IMG/VR virus record: IMGVR_UViG_3300017987_000085
Coordinates: 3,937 to 67,936 of that record
DNA length: 64,000 bases
From: a virus
Strand: one strand, 5' to 3'
Shown here: one piece after another, positions 1-9,123 of the stretch
How positions within the stretch are numbered: the first letter of the stretch is position 1
How the letters are laid out: each line of letters begins with the position of its first letter
The notes under the pieces: generated by a model
What the model was told of the DNA's origin: nothing
Seen by the model: the letters and a program-made list of their open reading frames with translations, nothing else
The model's database searches: none
Program-made: the position numbers and the translations under genes

Positions 1-176
1 GGCCGATCAGTTGCTATCCCTTGGTTCCGAAGGGGACGGCATCAACCTGATGGCGGAGCTGTTCGAAGGGGATGCATGACGCTCCGGCAAATTGGCGCAA
101 TTGCCGTGTATATCCTTGTGGTCTTCTTCATCGGGGTGGCAATGGCTCTAATGGAGAATCGAAACCGAGGTCGAAA

Positions 177-410
177 GTGAGCCTCCGGCCGGCGCTTGGT
201 CAGGTCATTCGTGAGGAGAGGCTACGCCAAGGCCTCACCCACGAAGCGTTGGGAGACAGCGGGGGCTTGGCTCGTGAGACTGTGCTCCGGACCGAAACAG
301 GCACAGAAGGGTTGAGGCTCGACACAGTGGAGAGCCTCGCAAGCGGTCTTGGTTTGCCGGTGTCGTTTCTGATTGCCAGAGCGGAAGCAAAAAGGGGTAG
401 CCATGGATAG
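177..410 (+). CDS. XRE-family HTH transcriptional regulator
   Basis: LGQVIREERLRQGLTHEALG...LARETVLRTETG...LDTVESLASGLG; GTG start after GAGG. Confidence 0.8.
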   Translation: MSLRPALGQVIREERLRQGLTHEALGDSGGLARETVLRTETGTEGLRLDTVESLASGLGLPVSFLIARAEAKRGSHG

Positions 411-573
411 AAGCGCCGAAGTATCAGTTCCGCGGCTCATGAAGGAGATGTCGATCCAGGTGACAGTGAAGGGGCGACGAAGGGCTTTGTTGAGATTGCG
501 GATTGCGCGACCGGTCTTCTGCTTGGCAGCGCATCTCGCCGGCTTGGCGCATGCTGAGTTGGTGAAGGAATGA
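403..573 (+). CDS. Hypothetical protein
   Basis: RBS AGGGG; overlaps upstream stop and downstream ATGA. Confidence 0.5.
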   Translation: MDRSAEVSVPRLMKEMSIQVTVKGRRRALLRLRIARPVFCLAAHLAGLAHAELVKE

Positions 574-1586
574 AGGTAGCAATTATCGCCGACGTCCGGG
601 GTTGGGCGTTGGACCACATCGCCCAGGGTATCCAAAAGCACAATCCAGACCCAGGCTTGACGATTGATATCTTCTATGAGCGTGAGCTTCGGGCTCGGCG
701 TTCAGAGATTGAGATGGTTGCCACGTACGATGTGCTCTATCCCTTCAGCCTCTTCCAGGCAAATTTTCTTCGTCGACAGCTGCCAGAGATCGATGGGCAG
801 TACATCACGACGGTGCATATGGGGCCGCTGGGGGGCAATGGCCGACCGGGTACGACGCCACCGGTAGATTGCTATGATCGCATCCTTTACGACGCTGTCA
901 AAGCAGCCAAACGATTGTCGACCGTTTCGCCACAGTTGCAGACCATCTGGCAGGCAGCCCGGCCGGAGACGGCATATCTCTGTGTTGGCGTTGAAGCATC
1001 AATCTTCTATCCAGTAGCGCGCAAGCCACAACACCGCGGAGCCCGGCCGCTGCGTATCGGTTGGGTTGGCAATCCTGGCAAGCCATACAAGCGCTTCGAG
1101 CTGGTAGAAGCCGCATCCGATCTGCCTGGCGTGGAGCTATGTCTCGCGGCATGGAGCAGCGGCTGGGGCAAACCACAGACGGCGGTGCCGCGCACCCTCG
1201 AGCAAATGGGGGATTTCTACCGGGGAATCGATGTGCTGTTGTGCATGAGTGACCACGAAGGGCTTCCGACACCAGCGGTCGAAGCAACAGCATGCGCAGT
1301 ACCGATTGTGTCAGTTGACGTTGGGATCATCCGAGATCTTGTCGATGACAGTGTGACGGGCTTTGTCGTTGAGCAAGACGCTGAGGTGGCGCGCGATCGT
1401 TTGGCTTGGCTGCGCGATCACGAAGCCGAGCGTTGTGCAATGGGGCAACGCATCTACGAACGCGGCAAGGCTCGCTATTGGCCAAACGTTGTGAGCGATT
1501 GGATTGAGTTCATCAAAGGGGGGGAGGTGCAACATGCTCGGTGTCCTATGTCAAGCGTGGCCGCCACCGACGTGGCAAGGGGCTAA
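570..1586 (+). CDS. Glycosyltransferase family 4 (GT-B)
   Basis: LRIGWVGN...K and FYRGIDVLLCMSDHEGLPTPAVEATACAVPIVSVDVG (E-x7-E motif). Confidence 0.9.
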   Translation: MKVAIIADVRGWALDHIAQGIQKHNPDPGLTIDIFYERELRARRSEIEMVATYDVLYPFSLFQANFLRRQLPEIDGQYITTVHMGPLGGNGRPGTTPPVDCYDRILYDAVKAAKRLSTVSPQLQTIWQAARPETAYLCVGVEASIFYPVARKPQHRGARPLRIGWVGNPGKPYKRFELVEAASDLPGVELCLAAWSSGWGKPQTAVPRTLEQMGDFYRGIDVLLCMSDHEGLPTPAVEATACAVPIVSVDVGIIRDLVDDSVTGFVVEQDAEVARDRLAWLRDHEAERCAMGQRIYERGKARYWPNVVSDWIEFIKGGEVQHARCPMSSVAATDVARG

Positions 1587-2550
1587 GGGTTGGCAGGCGG
1601 TTGTCACATACGAGCTCGTCAAAGCATTCTGTGATCTGGGGGTCGATGCGCAGCCGGTAGTCTGGGATGCAACATTGCCTGGGCGGCGGTATGCGTTGCC
1701 GGTGATGGACCATGCGATCGTCGTCACGGAACTGGCGCGAAAGGCTATTCAGGCCGATGGCGAGTATCGAGACGCTCTCCGGGCGAATGTTGACGGGAAG
1801 CTCTGCCTGTACATCGATGCACCGTTTGGCAAGTGGGATGGGTTCGATCTTGCCTTCACCGGCGAGAATTGGGGGCGGAATGAAGACGAGGGCTATCGTC
1901 GAGCACATTCCGAATTCGTGTGGGCTGGTTTTGGCTCGGACGAAGTGTTCCACCCAGCAAGACACCATGACGGTATTCGCCGGATCATCTCGCAGTACCC
2001 AGACATCACATTGCTTGGTCATTTCGAGAAAGAGTGGGAGATGGCTCAGCGGGTGATGATGCGTGTAGCCGAGGAAGACTGGGAGCATATTACGCTGTCG
2101 TATGTGGCGCCGTGGTCGGCAGGGGGATGGGTTGTTGCGCGTAAGACTGAAGATGCGCGTTCCGGCCAAGAGGGCGATCTGTGGACGCCAGTTGTCGGAG
2201 AGGGATGTACCAAGGAAATCTGGCGCAAGTGGGAGGGCGTTGGCCGCTATGAGCCGTACGGGGTGCTCCCGGAGATCTTTGCACAGGCCGATGTCTACCT
2301 TGACCTCCGTGGTGGCGCGCTGGATTTAACACGAATCGATGCAGCCTATGCTGGTCTGTCGGTTGTGGCCCATGCCAAGAACTGGCGAGATAGCATGCAT
2401 GGGCAGATTCCCGCGGTGGAGTGGAAGACGGAAGATGACCTGTACGACGTGCTGCAGGGACCGTTTGACCGCTGGCAGATTGCCACCGATGCCCGCGAGC
2501 ACACGTGGACGAAGGTAGCTCTGCGAATGATCGAGGCGCTGGAGGAGTAG
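1534..2550 (+). CDS. Divergent GT-B-like glycosyltransferase
   Basis: RBS GGAGGTG; GSDEVFHP, LPEIFAQADVYL, RIDAAYAGLSVV, REHTWTKVALRM resemble a GT-B C-terminal domain. Confidence 0.6.
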   Translation: MLGVLCQAWPPPTWQGAKGWQAVVTYELVKAFCDLGVDAQPVVWDATLPGRRYALPVMDHAIVVTELARKAIQADGEYRDALRANVDGKLCLYIDAPFGKWDGFDLAFTGENWGRNEDEGYRRAHSEFVWAGFGSDEVFHPARHHDGIRRIISQYPDITLLGHFEKEWEMAQRVMMRVAEEDWEHITLSYVAPWSAGGWVVARKTEDARSGQEGDLWTPVVGEGCTKEIWRKWEGVGRYEPYGVLPEIFAQADVYLDLRGGALDLTRIDAAYAGLSVVAHAKNWRDSMHGQIPAVEWKTEDDLYDVLQGPFDRWQIATDAREHTWTKVALRMIEALEE

Positions 2551-2975
2551 TGGGTGCATTCGCGGCGGCGGAGAAAGCACGCACGAAAGGCGTGAGCATT
2601 GGCGCGGGAACGTTGCTGTTCGGCACACTTGACAGCAACGTGCATCCCGAACTGATCACCATTGGCAAGGGCACGCTGATTGCCTCCAACGCTAATGTGC
2701 TTTGCCACGGCAGTGTCGAAGGATGGTTGCCTGTTACGGTCGGCGACTACTGTCACATTGGATGGGGAGCTCTGATCCTGCCAGGCGCTGTGATCGGCAA
2801 CAACTGTGTTATTGGTGCGCGCGCCGTGGTACCCAGAGCTCGGCCGATACCCGACAACTCTGTTGCAGTAGGGAATCCAGCGACGGTAGTCAAACAACGG
2901 GACCCTGAGGAGCTGGCGCGATTCAAGCGCAGGATGGAACAGCGGATCAAAGACGACGGAACCGGCGATGGATAG
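2550..2975 (+). CDS. Hexapeptide-repeat (LbetaH) acyltransferase
   Basis: VTVGDYCHIGWGALILPGAVIGNNCVIGARAVV...AVGNPA. Confidence 0.88.
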   Translation: MGAFAAAEKARTKGVSIGAGTLLFGTLDSNVHPELITIGKGTLIASNANVLCHGSVEGWLPVTVGDYCHIGWGALILPGAVIGNNCVIGARAVVPRARPIPDNSVAVGNPATVVKQRDPEELARFKRRMEQRIKDDGTGDG

Positions 2976-3438
2976 ACCATGGCTGGACGGTTGCCATGAC
3001 GGGCGGATGATCACGATGAAACAGGAGAAGCTGCGGGAAGCGGTTCGCGCCGAAGCGGAGAAACGTCGCCGGCGCGGTTCGCATATTGGCGAGAACACTC
3101 GATGCTGGGGCTACACCGACATTGTGTTCCCCGGCAAGGTGACGATCGGGCGGAACTGTGTCCTTGCCACGCGCTCGGCGGTGCTGACTCATGGCGTATT
3201 CGCCACGCTCGAGCGGGGTAAGCCGGTAATGATTGGCGACAACTGTTATCTCGGCTATGGTGCGATCGTCGTACCCGGGGTCATCATCGGTGACAACTGC
3301 GTCATCGGTGCTGGGGCGGTTGTGACGTCGGACATTCCATCGAACTCGATTGCTGTAGGGAATCCGGCACGGGTGATTGGCCAGCGGGATCCGGAGGAGC
3401 TCGCACTGTACATCGAAACCCGAGAAAGAGGAGACTGA
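2968..3438 (+). CDS. Hexapeptide-repeat acyltransferase, paralog 2 (start may be 3007)
   Basis: IGDNCYLGYGAIVVPGVIIGDNCVIGAGAVVTSDIPSNSIAVGNPA. Confidence 0.9.
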   Translation: MDRPWLDGCHDGRMITMKQEKLREAVRAEAEKRRRRGSHIGENTRCWGYTDIVFPGKVTIGRNCVLATRSAVLTHGVFATLERGKPVMIGDNCYLGYGAIVVPGVIIGDNCVIGAGAVVTSDIPSNSIAVGNPARVIGQRDPEELALYIETRERGD

Positions 3439-4100
3439 TGGTTACCAATGCAGATTGCAGAGAACGGATGAAGGATGTTGAGGCTGTCCGAGCAATAGCG
3501 GAGAAGCTGGTCGTGACGTTCGCCGGGCGACTGCCGGTAGCTGGTTGGTGTATGCATGGTGGCACAGCGCTCTCGGCTTATCTCGGCCGAGATAAGCCGG
3601 AAGGCGGCGTGGTGTTGCCCGGAGACAACGATATTGACGTCGGAATCCTCGCTGAGACGGTCTCTCCGGCGGCGCTGGTCGAGGCATTCGACGCAGCGGG
3701 ATTCAGGCACGGCTACTTCTTTCACGACAAGCTATTCCCGCAGGTTGGTGTGGTCCTTCGCTTCTTCTTCGACGGTGTTCCGGTCGATTGCTACTGGTTG
3801 TACAAGCGCGGACGGAAGCGCTGGTGGGTCACGGCGCCACGGGTGGCGCACGTACTTCCGGCGTATCTGTTTGAGCGGCTCGGGACGGCGACGTTCCTCG
3901 GCGTCGAGATGTCGGCGCCGGATCCGCTTGAGGCGTACGTCCACAACAAGTGGAAGCGCGTCGGCAATCGCTTCCCCGGTAAGAGCCAGGGTGGTGAATG
4001 CCTCGACTTTGATTGGGAGTGGCCGATCTACGATGACCAGGCAGCATTTCGTGAGGCGTACGAGCAACGAACAGGAGAGCCGTATCTGAGGAAGTTTTGA
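3438..4100 (+). CDS. LicD/fukutin-family nucleotidyltransferase-fold phosphotransferase
   Basis: GGTALSAY...LPGDNDIDVGI (GT-L...P-DxDxD), VPVDCY, C-terminal FLGVEMSAPDPLEAY. Confidence 0.8.
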   Translation: MVTNADCRERMKDVEAVRAIAEKLVVTFAGRLPVAGWCMHGGTALSAYLGRDKPEGGVVLPGDNDIDVGILAETVSPAALVEAFDAAGFRHGYFFHDKLFPQVGVVLRFFFDGVPVDCYWLYKRGRKRWWVTAPRVAHVLPAYLFERLGTATFLGVEMSAPDPLEAYVHNKWKRVGNRFPGKSQGGECLDFDWEWPIYDDQAAFREAYEQRTGEPYLRKF

Positions 4101-4112
4101 TAGGGGGTAGAG

Positions 4113-4451
4113 ATGGCAAGGTACTGGGCAGACGTGAAACAGCCGGCGAGTGGGATTCTGGGTAGCGCATCGGTCTGCGGGCCAGGTGAGGTAGATGAAA
4201 GTTCCGAAAGACATGTGTTCAAGACCTTTGTGGAGGCTCGTGGCGAGGACCATAATCTCGACCCGACTGCTGCAATGAGAAGAGCTTTGGCCGATGCGCA
4301 GGAACTCGCTGCGCAGATGAACGTTGCATTCTGCCGTGGATTGAACGGTGAGGGTGAGCCGGAGGAGTTGCCCCTCTTCGAACAGAATGCCTTTCAGGAC
4401 GGGAAGCTGGCCCGAGAACAGGGGGTGATGAACAGAGCCCAGACGAACTGA
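4113..4451 (+). CDS. Hypothetical protein
   Basis: RBS AGGGGG; fits operon spacing. Confidence 0.55.
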   Translation: MARYWADVKQPASGILGSASVCGPGEVDESSERHVFKTFVEARGEDHNLDPTAAMRRALADAQELAAQMNVAFCRGLNGEGEPEELPLFEQNAFQDGKLAREQGVMNRAQTN

Positions 4452-4531
4452 CGCACATGGCGGCTTGCTCGCGATGCCAACGATAGACCAAGACGCTGAA
4501 ACCTAGACACACACTGTATGGGGAGGAACGA

Positions 4532-5389
4532 ATGAGCAAGCGACTTGGTTTGCTGTTGGCTGTTTTCTTGATGGGCTTTGCGGTGTTCGCCGTGGCGACG
4601 CCCGCGGAGCTCGTGTTTGTGAACGTACCTTCCGGATCGGCGGAGGATGATGTCCTCAAGTTCCAGCCGATTCTCGACCATCTCTCTGAAGAACTTGGAA
4701 TCCCAATTCAGTACATCGTGGCAACGGACTATGCCTCGGTCCTTCAGGCAATGCTCTATGGCCATGCGGACATGGCGCGCGTCGGAGGATTCACCGCTAT
4801 TCAAGGTGAAGTGCTGTTCGGCGCATTCCCGATTGCCCGCGACATCAAGACCAACACGGGTCAGCCATATGACTACGCCTACGTATTGGCGCGCCCAGAG
4901 CTCGGCCTCGATCCTGAAACACTGACGCCAGAGGATCTGGTCGGTCTCACGATTGCCTATGTGAGTCCAACGTCGACCAGCGGATGCTTGGTGCCGAAGT
5001 GGGCGCTGATGGAGTTCGGGGTCGATGAAGCCGACTTTGCCGAGATCTTCTATGCAGGGTCGCATGATGCAGCGCTCCTAGCGCTCGCGAATGGTACGGT
5101 TGACCTGGCATGCTGCAACGGCTTCCGTCTTGGGAAGAACCTCGCAGCGGGAAACATCACGGAGAGCCAGTATGTGACTGTGCTGCAGTCGCTCCCAATG
5201 CCGACGAACCCGATCATTGTGCGCCCGGGGCTCGGTGAGGATTTCATTGCAGCGTTGACTGGTGCGTGGTTGACGGTGCCAGCGGAGGCTTGTGCTCCGT
5301 TCAAACTGGATGGATTTGCATCAGTGACACCCACGAGCTACGACATGATCCGCGAGCTGATCGAGACGTTTGACCTGGCGCCCGAGTAG
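4532..5389 (+). CDS. phnD: Phosphate/phosphite/phosphonate ABC transporter substrate-binding protein
   Basis: Signal peptide; ATDYASVLQAM..GHADMA, SPTSTSGCLVP, YAGSHDAALLALANGTVD. Confidence 0.92.
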   Translation: MSKRLGLLLAVFLMGFAVFAVATPAELVFVNVPSGSAEDDVLKFQPILDHLSEELGIPIQYIVATDYASVLQAMLYGHADMARVGGFTAIQGEVLFGAFPIARDIKTNTGQPYDYAYVLARPELGLDPETLTPEDLVGLTIAYVSPTSTSGCLVPKWALMEFGVDEADFAEIFYAGSHDAALLALANGTVDLACCNGFRLGKNLAAGNITESQYVTVLQSLPMPTNPIIVRPGLGEDFIAALTGAWLTVPAEACAPFKLDGFASVTPTSYDMIRELIETFDLAPE

Positions 5390-6191
5390 CGGCCTTGTCC
5401 GCTGGGTAGTTATCGTAGCGCTGATGGTCGCTGTCGGGCTCTGCATGGTCGAAACGCAGACCAGCCCCGCAGCGGCCGTCCGCGGCTTGCCGAACATGCT
5501 GCGGTATGTCCGCGGGATGTGGCCGCCGGCATGGGCTGCAATTCCGGGGCTGCTTAAGCCACTCCTCGAAAGCGTCGAGATCGCAGTCGTAGCAATTGCC
5601 TGGGCATCGCTAGGCGCGCTGATCCTAGGATTGCTTGCCGCCCGGAACATCAACTCGATCGGATGGCTCTACCAGTCGGTTCGGATCCTTCTGAATACCC
5701 TACGCGGCATCCCAGCGCTTCTGTATGCGCTGATCTTCGTGGCAATGGTTGGGCTGGGTCCGTTTCCCGGGGTGTTGGGGTTGGCGTGCCACTGCACGGG
5801 CTCTCTCGGTCGCTACTTCGCCGAGGCCTTCGAAACCTCGGATCCTGGATTGATTGAAGCAGGCAAGTCTGTTGGCGCACGGAAGGCACAGATCATCCTG
5901 CATTTTGTGCTACCGGATGTGTTGCCCTTGCTGATTGGCTACATCCTGTACTACTTCGAGTATTGCATCCGTACGTCGACGCTGCTTGGATTTGTCGGAG
6001 CCGGCGGCATCGGCGTGCCGCTCTTGGTGGCCTTGCGGCTATTCCGCACGCGTGAGGTAGCAGCAATCCTGATGTTGATCTTGGCGGCGGTGTTCACGCT
6101 GGACCGGGCCAGCGCGTTCATCCGAAGGCAAATCCTTGGGGGAGACCACACGTTGCATCGGCTCTCTCGATCCCGAAAGAAGGTGACGTGA
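5370..6191 (+). CDS. phnE: Phosphonate ABC transporter permease
   Basis: LRGIPALLYALIFVAMVGLGPFPGVLGL, EAA loop (IEAGKSVGA), FEYCIRTSTLLGFVGAGGIG. Confidence 0.92.
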   Translation: MTWRPSSGLVRWVVIVALMVAVGLCMVETQTSPAAAVRGLPNMLRYVRGMWPPAWAAIPGLLKPLLESVEIAVVAIAWASLGALILGLLAARNINSIGWLYQSVRILLNTLRGIPALLYALIFVAMVGLGPFPGVLGLACHCTGSLGRYFAEAFETSDPGLIEAGKSVGARKAQIILHFVLPDVLPLLIGYILYYFEYCIRTSTLLGFVGAGGIGVPLLVALRLFRTREVAAILMLILAAVFTLDRASAFIRRQILGGDHTLHRLSRSRKKVT

Positions 6192-6667
6192 TGTTAGAGC
6201 TTCTTGTGGGGCTTCCCGGTAGCGGGAAGTCGACCTATGCACGGCAAAAGCTGGCCGAAGCAGTGGCCAACGATCGGCCAGGCAGTGTCGCCGTCGTCTC
6301 GTTTGACGCCATCCGGCGCGAGGTGTTCGGCTGCGGATACGTGCCAGAAGTTCAAGAGTCGGTGTGCGTCCTCTTCAAGCAACAGCTTTCTCTCTTACTG
6401 GCTGGCCGACGGCGAGTGCTTGTCGACAACATGAACTTGCGTCGGGCGTTTCGCGATCGATGGGCGCAGATTGCCCGGCAGTATGGACATCAGGTCATCG
6501 TGACGGAGTTTCGGGGCGACCCCGAGGAATGTTGGCACCGGGTGCTTGTACGCGGGTTGCCGTTTCGCGGTGGTCGAGACGCTTTCGATCTGTTGGTTCA
6601 ACGCAGGGAAGAGGACCGCGCAGAACACGGAGCAAATGGTTCGGATCAGTGGTTTGAGGAGACCTAA
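6188..6667 (+). CDS. P-loop kinase (AAA_33 / polynucleotide-kinase-like)
   Basis: LLVGLPGSGKSTYAR, VVSFDAIR, VLVDNMNL, ECWHRVLVR lid; no ABC signature. Confidence 0.85.
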   Translation: MMLELLVGLPGSGKSTYARQKLAEAVANDRPGSVAVVSFDAIRREVFGCGYVPEVQESVCVLFKQQLSLLLAGRRRVLVDNMNLRRAFRDRWAQIARQYGHQVIVTEFRGDPEECWHRVLVRGLPFRGGRDAFDLLVQRREEDRAEHGANGSDQWFEET

Positions 6668-7365
6668 TGGATGCCGTAATCGTAGACGGGGGAGAGGCAA
6701 ATCGGCTGGTGGGGTATGCCCCGCCGAAGGGGCTTGTTCCGGCAGGTCCGAATGGCGAGACGCTCCTCGAGCTGTTGCTCGATCGAATGGCGGCCATCGG
6801 TGTGCGGCGCAAGCCGACGCTCATCCTTGGCTATCCATCGGCGAAGCGATTCTTGAGACATCCATCGGCGAAGCGCGTTGACGTGATGCTTGACTATGAA
6901 ATGGCCGGACCGTTGCCGGCGCTGGCGCAGGCGGCGAAGCGATTCGAATCGGCAGACGTGGTGATCACGACTGGCGATGCGTGGTTTTCATCGTTGGCTC
7001 AGCTTGGGATGACATCACTTCATGAAACGGAGGCCGAAGAAACGGTGCGCGTATTGACGGCGCCCGCGCAGTTGGGTCGGCCGCAGATCCTTTCTGCCGG
7101 CCAACGCAAGCCAATTCCGTACATCGGTCGGTTTGCCAAGGATGGGACCGTGTCGTATGCCGGCGCGCTACGTGTTGTGCGTTGTCCGGCGTACTGGCGG
7201 GGTGTCCGGGCTGGCGTCAACGCAGGGATGAAATGGATTGTCCGGCCGCTGCTCTACCTGCCGGCGGGGACGGTGAAGCTGTTGCCGGTGACAGGGGAGT
7301 GGGGACATGTCAATACGCCGGCAGATCTCGATCGGGTACGAGAGATGTGTAACGGGAGGAGGTGA
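6667..7365 (+). CDS. NTP-transferase (LicC/MobA/sugar-phosphate nucleotidyltransferase-like)
   Basis: AVIVDGGEANRL...PKGLVP...ETLLE, TTGD, WGHVNTPADL. Confidence 0.8.
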   Translation: MDAVIVDGGEANRLVGYAPPKGLVPAGPNGETLLELLLDRMAAIGVRRKPTLILGYPSAKRFLRHPSAKRVDVMLDYEMAGPLPALAQAAKRFESADVVITTGDAWFSSLAQLGMTSLHETEAEETVRVLTAPAQLGRPQILSAGQRKPIPYIGRFAKDGTVSYAGALRVVRCPAYWRGVRAGVNAGMKWIVRPLLYLPAGTVKLLPVTGEWGHVNTPADLDRVREMCNGRR

Positions 7366-7367
7366 AC

Positions 7368-7472
7368 ATGGCGACGAAATGTCCAGGAGGCAAGATTCGC
7401 AGTGGCGGAAAAGGTCGCGGCCTTGGAAAAGGTGGCGGTAGGGGACCAATCGGTCAACCGGGACCGAAGTAG
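7368..7472 (+). CDS. 34-aa Gly/Lys/Arg-rich micropeptide
   Basis: Strong RBS GGAGGAGGTGA; MATKCPGGKIRSGGKGRGLGKGGGRGPIGQPGPK; below ORF-track cutoff. Confidence 0.65.
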   Translation: MATKCPGGKIRSGGKGRGLGKGGGRGPIGQPGPK

Positions 7473-7511
7473 CGTTGTTGTGTGAATACGCAGCATTCTA
7501 CCTCTGGATGG

Positions 7512-7548
7512 ACAAAGGGCTCGCCTTCGGGTGAGCCCTTTGTTGTTG
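7512..7548 (+). terminator. Intrinsic terminator hairpin
   Basis: acaaagggctcgcc-ttcg-ggtgagccctttgt followed by tgttg. Confidence 0.7.
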
Positions 7549-7577
7549 TGTCCCTCGAGACAGAAGGGGGCCACACC

Positions 7578-8489
7578 ATGCGGATTCTCGTCACCGGCGG
7601 TGCCGGTTTCATCGGATCACACATTGTCGATGCCTATACCCGTGCAGGACACGAAGTGGCTGTGCTCGATGACCACTCCACTGGCAAGCCAGCCAATCTG
7701 AAGAAGGCAGCACAAAGCGGGTTGCTGACCGTGTTCGAAGGCGATGTCTGCGATGCAGGATTCGTCCGTGAGATCTTCGAAGCTTATCAACCCGAGGTTG
7801 TCAACCACCATGCAGCGCGTGTCGACGTTGCGTGGTGCGAAGAACACCCGGAGGAGACGCAAGCGACCAACGTCGACAGCATGGGCGTGCTTCTCTCTGC
7901 GGCGTCGACAGCGCCGGTGAAACGGTTCATCTTCGCAGGTTCAGTTGGGGCATACGGTGAATGCGATAAGCCAGCTATCGAGGATTGGCCATTGATGCCG
8001 GAAGGTGTCTACGGTTGTTCGAAAGCTGGCGCCGAAAGACGACTGACCGATGCAAGCATGCAGCAGACGCCCACTCGAATCATCCTCCGCTACGCCAACG
8101 TTTATGGTCCGCGTGCATCGAACGGTGTCGTGCTGGCTTTCGTGCGAAACTGGATGACGCAAGAGCGTCCGACGATCTATGGTGACGGTGAGCAGGTTCG
8201 TGACTTCGTCCATGTACGCGACGTGGCTCGCGCCAACCTGCTTGTGCTGGATCACCCGGAGTTGCCGGAAGGATCGCTCCGGATCTTCAACATCGCCTCG
8301 GGCCGTCCAGTAACGGTCAATAAGCTTTGGGCAATGGTCTCGGCGGAGCTCAAGGTAGCGAGATCGGCAGACATCGTGACCAGTCGCATCGATGCATCCC
8401 GCGCGGCCGAGGAGCTCGGATTCGAGCCGAGCGAGACGTTGCATTCAGGTGTGATTGAGTTGCTTGCACATTTCGCTGAGGATTTGTAG
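7578..8489 (+). CDS. NAD-dependent epimerase/dehydratase (GalE-like extended SDR)
   Basis: MRILVTGGAGFIGSH, YGCSK (YxxxK), LRYANVYGPR, IYGDGEQVRDFVHVRD. Confidence 0.93.
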   Translation: MRILVTGGAGFIGSHIVDAYTRAGHEVAVLDDHSTGKPANLKKAAQSGLLTVFEGDVCDAGFVREIFEAYQPEVVNHHAARVDVAWCEEHPEETQATNVDSMGVLLSAASTAPVKRFIFAGSVGAYGECDKPAIEDWPLMPEGVYGCSKAGAERRLTDASMQQTPTRIILRYANVYGPRASNGVVLAFVRNWMTQERPTIYGDGEQVRDFVHVRDVARANLLVLDHPELPEGSLRIFNIASGRPVTVNKLWAMVSAELKVARSADIVTSRIDASRAAEELGFEPSETLHSGVIELLAHFAEDL

Positions 8490-8498
8490 GGTGCATCC

Positions 8499-8891
8499 AT
8501 GAGGCAGGTCACGACAGAAGTCTGCGATCGCTGCAACCGGAAGCACGTTGTCGAGGAAAGGATCCTCTGTGATGCATGTAATGGGCTGATCTGTGCTACT
8601 GAACCGAAGGCAGTGGAATGGTTTGGGACTGGTCTGTACTCCGAGGTTCATGAGTACATGCCGCAACTTGACAGTCTTCCGCGGACGCCGATTACCGTGA
8701 CGTACGATCCGAAGCAATCCAATGCCATCTTCCAGTTCCATTTCTGCTGTCTCTCGCATATGCTGCTCTGGCTGCGCCATCTCCCTGAGGGCTACCTACC
8801 GGTAGACGAGATTCGGATCGAAGGCGTAGTCAATGCGTTTGCGCAGTTGCCTGTTCAAGAGATCCCCGATGTAGCCGTTGACGAAGAGTAG
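8499..8891 (+). CDS. Hypothetical Cys-rich protein
   Basis: CDRC and CDAC motifs; follows epimerase in operon. Confidence 0.55.
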   Translation: MRQVTTEVCDRCNRKHVVEERILCDACNGLICATEPKAVEWFGTGLYSEVHEYMPQLDSLPRTPITVTYDPKQSNAIFQFHFCCLSHMLLWLRHLPEGYLPVDEIRIEGVVNAFAQLPVQEIPDVAVDEE

Positions 8892-8918
8892 GCTGTGTTT
8901 GGCCTGCGGAATGCCCTC

Positions 8919-8948
8919 TTGACAAACATCAAACCTTTGATGTAGGAT
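8919..8948 (+). promoter_or_regulatory. sigma70-type promoter with palindromic operator in the spacer
   Basis: TTGACA-18-TAGGAT; perfect inverted repeat ACATCAAA-cc-TTTGATGT at 8926-8943. Confidence 0.7.
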
Positions 8949-9123
8949 GCGTTGCGCTCTTGGGCGTGGAGCAAGGGGAGAAAGGGAACAGATGGGCAAG
9001 ATGGCCTCACAAGCCGCAGCGAACCTGCGGGCGGAAATCACGCAGATCCTCGACACGGAACCCGACACACTGCATGCCTGGGTGTTGCGCGGTGTCTGAG
9101 GAGACGCACAGGGGGGGGATTGG

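Noticed and set aside
1-79. 3' end of an upstream gene, possibly the portal
   Set aside because: Only about 25 codons visible; no diagnostic motif
6188-6667. phnC ABC ATPase
   Set aside because: Too short, no LSGGQ or Walker B/H-loop; motifs match AAA_33 kinases
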